A DNA stretch of 64,000 nucleotides, taken from contig DAOSWV010000009.1 of assembly GCA_035380125.1 (NCBI GenBank), positions 7,304-71,303 of the forward strand, in the 5' to 3' direction. A model generated the notes under the pieces. It was not told the origin of the DNA, did no database searches, and was given only the letters and a program-made list of their open reading frames with translations. Positions within the stretch are counted from its first letter, which is position 1, and each line of letters begins with the position of its first letter. Positions 59,731-64,000 of this stretch are shown in pieces. Position numbers and translations under genes: made by a program. The stretch comes from Oscillospiraceae bacterium (GTDB lineage: Bacteria > Bacillota > Clostridia > Oscillospirales > JAKOTC01).

Positions 59731-60262
59731 GTAGGGCGGGATTAGTAATCCCGCCGAAAAAAAGCGCCGAATGATCGGCGCTTTTTTATGTTTAACCACC
59801 CCGCCCGCTTCGCGTCCAACCTCTAAGGCGTCAAAGCCGTCCACAGGGCGGCATAGCGATGCCATGCAGAGGGGAATAAAGGTTTTCAACACGTTGCTGG
59901 CGATGTGAGGAAAAAATCGATAAATCTGTAGGGCGCGGCATCTCTGACGCGCCGCACGGATTATGATCACCCCACCGAAAAACGACATGTTATCCGCGCC
60001 ACGGGGGAATCCGCACGGCAGGAACGGGGTTGTCACGTCTGACAATGATGAAATTCGGAAAAAGATTACGGCGCGTCAGGGATGCCGCGCCCTACAACGA
60101 AAAAAGTTCACTGAGATGCGGCGGAGCGACGAGGGCGTCGCTCCCTACGACGAACCCCCGGCGCGCTGCGCCAACCCCTAAGGTGTCAAAGCCGCCCACA
60201 GGGCGGTATAACGACGCCATGAAGAGGGGAATATAAGCGGGCGAACGAAGTTCGCCCTTACA
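59731..60262. repeat. Dense mosaic repeat cluster (REP hairpins, two copies of the two-hairpin module, a TIR-bounded unit)
   Basis: Hairpins at 59735-59755, 59932-59953, 60070-60091, 60123-60144 and 60239-60257, with GTAG or CTAC flanks. Two-hairpin modules at 59794-59882 and 60154-60236. Confidence 0.75.
59764..59787 (+). terminator. Intrinsic terminator after glyQS
   Basis: GCGCCGA-ATGA-TCGGCGC followed by TTTTTT. Confidence 0.7.
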
Positions 60263-60304
60263 GTTTCGTTATGGACAACCGACCGTTGCGGACAACAAAG
60301 AAAA

Positions 60305-60336
60305 GCCCCCGACAGGTCATGCTGCCGAGGGTTTTT
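60305..60336 (-). terminator. Putative terminator after the small membrane-protein gene
   Basis: On the minus strand: CCCTCGGCAG-CATGAC-CTGTCGGGGG followed by CTTTTCTTT. The stem is imperfect. Confidence 0.45.
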
Positions 60337-60347
60337 GGGTTTTATTT

Positions 60348-60563
60348 TCAGTTGTCGGAGTCGGGAGAAGACAGGTCCTCGTTCAGGTCGATGTCGAACG
60401 AATCCTCGTCACTCCAGTCCGGGATGTAGGAATCGCCTTCGGTGGTGTTGAGCTTTGCCGAGAAATCCCGGATCACTTTTGCCATCAGCGCAATGATGCC
60501 GATTGCGGCCAAAAGTGCCGTGACAAGACCGAAAACAAGTCCGGAACGATTTCTTTCTTTCAT
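60348..60563 (-). CDS. Small membrane-anchored acidic protein (hypothetical)
   Basis: 71 aa starting at MKERNRS behind AAGGAGGGG. One TM helix (LVFGLVTALLAAIGIIALMA) followed by an Asp/Glu/Ser-rich tail. Confidence 0.6.
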   Translation of the reverse strand: MKERNRSGLVFGLVTALLAAIGIIALMAKVIRDFSAKLNTTEGDSYIPDWSDEDSFDIDLNEDLSSPDSDN

Positions 60564-60713
60564 GAACAACCCCTCCTTATAAAAGTATTCTACCATAGTG
60601 TTGTCATAAATTCAAGCATTTTTACAAATTGTGAAATTTCTTTTGTAATAAATAGAAAACCCGTTCTGAACACGGTTGTTTTTTACAGTAGATAGATTTA
60701 ATGGCATTATCGG

Positions 60714-61046
60714 TTCGAGATCCTTCAGACTTCAAAGAACATTCGCAAACGTTCTTCGGCAAAGCGCTCCGCTCAGGATGACATGTTCTATCGTCGGGTT
60801 GTCGATTAGGACAGCCGATATCCCATATAATTAGATTACGGGCGGATAATATCCGCCCCTACGGAGAAACATCGGGGATGATGGCATGGCTACTAGGCGA
60901 AGCCCCTGCGAAGATTACGGCGCGTCAGGGATGCCGCGCCCTACAGAGAAACACAGGGCATGGCAGCGCGCGTTATCGGGTTTACGTACAACAGATTCTA
61001 TTTCGCGTATAAGAGCGGCGTTTCGCCGCCGCGGGTTCTCACCCGC
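60714..61046. repeat. Mosaic repeat cluster downstream of mntP
   Basis: The TCGAGATCCTTCAGACT...CGCTCAGGATGACA module. Hairpins at 60840-60858 and 60919-60940, the latter inside a 35-nt exact copy of 60062-60096. The GCGCGTTATCGGGTTTACG...TTCTAT module. Hairpins at 61015-61029 and 61030-61045. Confidence 0.7.
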
Positions 61047-61593
61047 AGAAAACGTGTTCCACAAAAATTTTGACGCCGATGCCGATTAAAATCAGGCCGC
61101 CGAGTACCCGTGCGCCCCGGCAGAGGCGTATGCCCACTAATTTTCCGCCGAATGCGCCCGCCAGCGACAGCAAAAACGTCACGGCTCCGATGGTCAGCAC
61201 GGTCAGCGGGATATTATCTGTCATCGCCGCAAGCCCGACGCCCACGACCAATGCGTCAATCGCCGTCGCCACCGCTTGGATCAAAATCATTTTCGCCGTC
61301 AGCCGGACTTCGCAGGTGTCCGGATTTTTCTTGGCATCGATCAGCATTTTGGCACCGAGTGCGGCCAGAAGCCCCAGCGCGATCCAATGATCGATGTTGT
61401 TGATGAGATTATAAAACGCCGATCCGAGCAGCAGACCGATCAGCGGAAAAACCATCTGGGCGACGCCGAACGAACCCGCCATCGCAAAATTCTGTTTGAC
61501 CGACGGCTTGGCGGTCAATCCATTCAAAATCGATACCGCGAACGCGTCCATCGCAAGGCCGACGGCAAGGATGAGTACTTCCCAATACTGCAA
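61039..61593 (-). CDS. mntP: Manganese efflux pump MntP
   Basis: MntP/DUF204 repeats (GLAMDAFAVS and ATAIDALVVG). About 185 aa from the TTG start at 61593 behind GGAGG. Confidence 0.85.
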   Translation of the reverse strand: MQYWEVLILAVGLAMDAFAVSILNGLTAKPSVKQNFAMAGSFGVAQMVFPLIGLLLGSAFYNLINNIDHWIALGLLAALGAKMLIDAKKNPDTCEVRLTAKMILIQAVATAIDALVVGVGLAAMTDNIPLTVLTIGAVTFLLSLAGAFGGKLVGIRLCRGARVLGGLILIGIGVKIFVEHVFCG

Positions 61594-61721
61594 AACAAAA
61601 CCTCCGAAAAAGTGTCTCGTTATTGTAACACAAATACCGCAAATGCACAAGTACTCTTGAGCCGAATGTGTCATATACTGTGGCAAACCGGTTCGGGGGA
61701 AGGTTTCTTCTCTTCGAAAGA

Positions 61722-61985
61722 ATGGACAGAAATATGAGAAAACAGGCAAGCGGAATCATCCTGTCGTCTGTGACGTATGCGTTCAGAGCCAAGGAGATTC
61801 TTTTACGATATAACATTAAATCACAATGTGAAAAATTGCCCGCCAGCGTCACCGGCTGCGGGTGTGGATACGGTCTGCGGGTCTACAGCGATGAACAGAC
61901 CGCCCGTGCGCTGCTCGAAACCGAGGGCATACAGGTGAAAGGGAGTTATCTGCCCCCGGAGGGAGGCGGACAGCCGTGCGATTGA
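61722..61985 (+). CDS. DUF3343-like small protein (putative S/Se carrier-associated)
   Basis: About 85 aa. Its pattern (F.....A..AE..L....I...L.P.P....) and its position next to a class V aminotransferase fit DUF3343. The start is uncertain (ATG 61722 or 61734). Confidence 0.6.
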   Translation: MDRNMRKQASGIILSSVTYAFRAKEILLRYNIKSQCEKLPASVTGCGCGYGLRVYSDEQTARALLETEGIQVKGSYLPPEGGGQPCD

Positions 61986-62038
61986 CAAAACAACGGTTTA
62001 TTTAATGCCAAAACGAAAGAAGGGGAGAAATTTACGAT

Positions 62039-63172
62039 ATGATCTATCTTGACAATGCGGCTACGTCTTTTCCCAAGCCCTACTGTGTGGTCAATGCGGT
62101 GCGGGAGGCGTTTTTACAATACGGCGCAAATCCCGGCAGAGGCGGTTATCAGATGTCGCTGGATACCGCAGAGAGGATTTTTCGGGTACGGGAAAATTTC
62201 GCCAAGACCTTTCATTCCGGGTCGCCCGAACGGGTGGTGTTCACCCAGAACTGTACCCATGCGCTCAACCTGGCTTTAAAATGCTTTTTGCCCAAAGGGG
62301 CGCACATTGTGGTATCAGACCGGGAACACAATTCGGTGATGCGCCCGCTCGAGGCGATGGCGGCAGAGGGTCTGATTACCTACAGCGTGGCCGAAATCGG
62401 GCGGGACGTCGTGAACACGGCGGCGTATTTTGCACGGAAAATCAACCAGAATACCGCCGCCCTGCTGTGCGTACATACCTCGAACGTCGACGGTCAGGTG
62501 ATGCCGGTTGCGGAACTGGGACGGCTGGCCGCCAAATTCGGCATGCTGTTTATTGTCGACGCCGCACAGGCCGCCGGAAGCGCTGTGATCGATATGGCCG
62601 CCGACGGAATCGATCTGCTGTGTATGCCGGGGCACAAGGGGCTTTTCGGCCCATCCGGAAGCGGGGTGCTTTTGATAAGGGACCATGCGCCGCTGCGCAC
62701 ATTGATTGAGGGCGGCACCGGCAGCGATTCGATGTTGAAAAAACAACCGCTGAATCTGCCCGAGGCGCTGGAAAGCGGCACACAGGCGGTGAACGCTATT
62801 ATCGGACTCGGCGAAGGACTGCGGTTTGTCAACGAACTGGGCGCCGGAAACATAGGAGAACACGAGCGGCAGCTGCGTGAAGTGCTTGTCGAGCGGACGG
62901 AGGGGCTTTCGGGGCTTCGGATTTATGAGCCGACCAAGGCCTCGGGAATCTACTTGTTTAATTTCGATGGGATGTGCTGTGAGCGGACGGCCTCGGAACT
63001 CGAAAATGAGGGGATTGCCGTGCGGGCGGGGCTGCACTGCGCGCCGAGTGCGCATGAAGTGCTCGGGACCCTGCCGGATGGCGCCGTGCGGATCAGCTTC
63101 GGGATTTTCAACGACTGTGAACAGGTGGAACGGACGGCTTCGGCGCTTTGGAAAATTTCAAAAGCTGTGTAA
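62039..63172 (+). CDS. Class V aminotransferase-fold PLP enzyme (cysteine desulfurase / selenocysteine lyase-like)
   Basis: N-terminal IYLDNAATSFPKP, a PLP-lysine context CMPGHKGL, and C-terminal RAGLHCAP. Confidence 0.88.
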   Translation: MIYLDNAATSFPKPYCVVNAVREAFLQYGANPGRGGYQMSLDTAERIFRVRENFAKTFHSGSPERVVFTQNCTHALNLALKCFLPKGAHIVVSDREHNSVMRPLEAMAAEGLITYSVAEIGRDVVNTAAYFARKINQNTAALLCVHTSNVDGQVMPVAELGRLAAKFGMLFIVDAAQAAGSAVIDMAADGIDLLCMPGHKGLFGPSGSGVLLIRDHAPLRTLIEGGTGSDSMLKKQPLNLPEALESGTQAVNAIIGLGEGLRFVNELGAGNIGEHERQLREVLVERTEGLSGLRIYEPTKASGIYLFNFDGMCCERTASELENEGIAVRAGLHCAPSAHEVLGTLPDGAVRISFGIFNDCEQVERTASALWKISKAV

Positions 63173-63255
63173 AAGGACGCCGGCGGGGACACAAATGTGC
63201 TGTAAAGCGAATAATACTTTCCGTATGAAATATTTCAAAGGGTTTACATAATAAA

Positions 63256-63522
63256 TGTGGAAAACTTTTTGAATGTTTTGAAAATTGCCCTCGGAAGGAC
63301 GGAAAGATGCGGTTTTTTGAGATTGTAAAATAATTATGTAAACCGGAAAAATAATTATGTAAACCGATGAATAATACAAAACGGAAAAAGTGAAAAAAAT
63401 GGCTTTATTATGCGCCGCTTATATAAGCGAATATTCATGAATCGAATATCCCGCAATGATCAAAGAATCCCGAAAACCGCATAAAAAAGCCAAAAAAATT
63501 TTCCACACGGGGATGTGGAAAG
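63256..63522. promoter_or_regulatory. Cluster of DnaA-box-like 9-mers in an AT-rich convergent spacer
   Basis: TGTGGAAAA at 63256-63264. An inverted pair TTTTCCACA (63499-63507) and TGTGGAAAG (63514-63522), 6 bp apart. Each matches 7-8 of 9 positions of TTATCCACA. Confidence 0.45.
63327..63366. repeat. Tandem direct repeat, 19-nt core with 21-bp period
   Basis: AAAATAATTATGTAAACCG occurs at 63327-63345 and again at 63348-63366. Confidence 0.85.
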
Positions 63523-63589
63523 TTTTTAATATTCATTTATCGGTGACATTTATGCATCGAAAAATGTCGAATCGCCCTGTCGTAGGATG

Positions 63590-64000
63590 TCATTTTTTGG
63601 GGAGTTTGCATTGCAGGGGTCCGCCGTGCAAAAATCCGTCGACGCGTTCCAACACATCGGCGCAAGTCCCGAAATTCTTATCCGCCCCGGTGATGCGGTA
63701 ATCGAAACGGCTGACGTAGAACTTGGTCTCGTCGGCCAGCGCGTCGAGGGTCTTGCGGACGTTTTGAAACATCACTTCGCTCATCTCGCGGTAGGTGTTA
63801 TTGTCCAGCTCCTTTTCGCAGGCGGCCAGCTGTCGGGCATAGTGGTGTATACACAAGTTACCCTTTTTCTCAAACAGCTCGCGGAAGTCCTCGCGCCGTT
63901 TCCACAGCACCGCGACACCGGCTTCGAACATCTCCATATGCCCCGACATGCGGCGGCAGATATAGCAGTCGCGGTCGAGTTCGTTCAGCTTGACACCGAG
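63590..64000 (-). CDS. Hypothetical protein, 5' end beyond the window
   Basis: The frame is open to position 64000 (…LDRDCYICRRMSGHMEMFEAG…). GC-rich coding-like composition. I recognise no family for it. Confidence 0.55.
   Translation of the reverse strand, partial: LGVKLNELDRDCYICRRMSGHMEMFEAGVAVLWKRREDFRELFEKKGNLCIHHYARQLAACEKELDNNTYREMSEVMFQNVRKTLDALADETKFYVSRFDYRITGADKNFGTCADVLERVDGFLHGGPLQCKLPKK

Noticed and set aside
59731-61046. CRISPR array hypothesis for the recurring hairpin repeats
   Set aside because: The repeats are heterogeneous in sequence, irregularly spaced and present in both orientations. They are interleaved with other repeat modules. No cas genes or leader-like organisation were seen.
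61594-61760. yybP-ykoY manganese riboswitch expected upstream of mntP (minus strand)
   Set aside because: Only weak fragments resemble the conserved L1 (GGAGAGUAG) and L3 (UUGACAUA…CAAGACC) elements: CAAGAGTAC and GTTACAATAACGAGAC. I could not build the closing P1 helix, so I cannot support the call without an Infernal search.

Overview
This window reads as the origin-proximal chromosome of a fairly GC-rich Firmicute, probably a Clostridia or Oscillospiraceae-like organism. That taxonomic call is an inference from gene content only. Most of the window is conserved housekeeping. It carries ispD-ispF, a GH38 mannosidase, tRNA-Arg(CCG), murI, DUF1934-argS and secD-secF. On the minus strand is the classic block serS / spo0J-soj-noc-rsmG-mnmG-mnmE. 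The plus-strand replication block is dnaA-dnaN-yaaA(S4)-recF-DUF370-gyrB-gyrA, followed by a transglutaminase-like lipoprotein, glyQS, mntP and a DUF3343/class-V aminotransferase pair. About 23 kb of metabolic and accessory genes lie between mnmE and dnaA. These are an L-rhamnose operon (rhaB, two tandem BNR-propeller paralogs, rhaA, rhaEW) and three AT-rich paralogous lipoprotein genes. After them come a PHP phosphoesterase, an MDR dehydrogenase, a 2-oxoacid dehydrogenase cluster (E2, E3, fused E1 alpha-beta, lplA) and a GNAT. I found no integrase, transposase, CRISPR array, reverse transcriptase, or recognisable defence or toxin-antitoxin module. The content that ordinary annotation leaves unexplained falls into seven groups. 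(1) A modular population of intergenic repeats: GTAG-hairpin-CTAC REP-type elements, a roughly 90-nt two-hairpin module with compensatory changes, heptanucleotide-periodic arrays and one TIR-bounded 170-bp unit. (2) The mosaic-composition lipoprotein triplet. (3) The duplicated cytoplasmic BNR propeller inside the rhamnose operon. (4) A cluster of three perfect palindromic parS sites between soj and noc. (5) A 417-bp AT-rich convergent spacer at 63.2-63.6 kb with the densest DnaA-box-like cluster in the window. (6) An XRE-HTH/kinase fusion in a low-GC islet. (7) A broken rpmH-to-dnaA synteny. All coordinates and motif calls come from reading the sequence by eye. No database search or folding computation was run.
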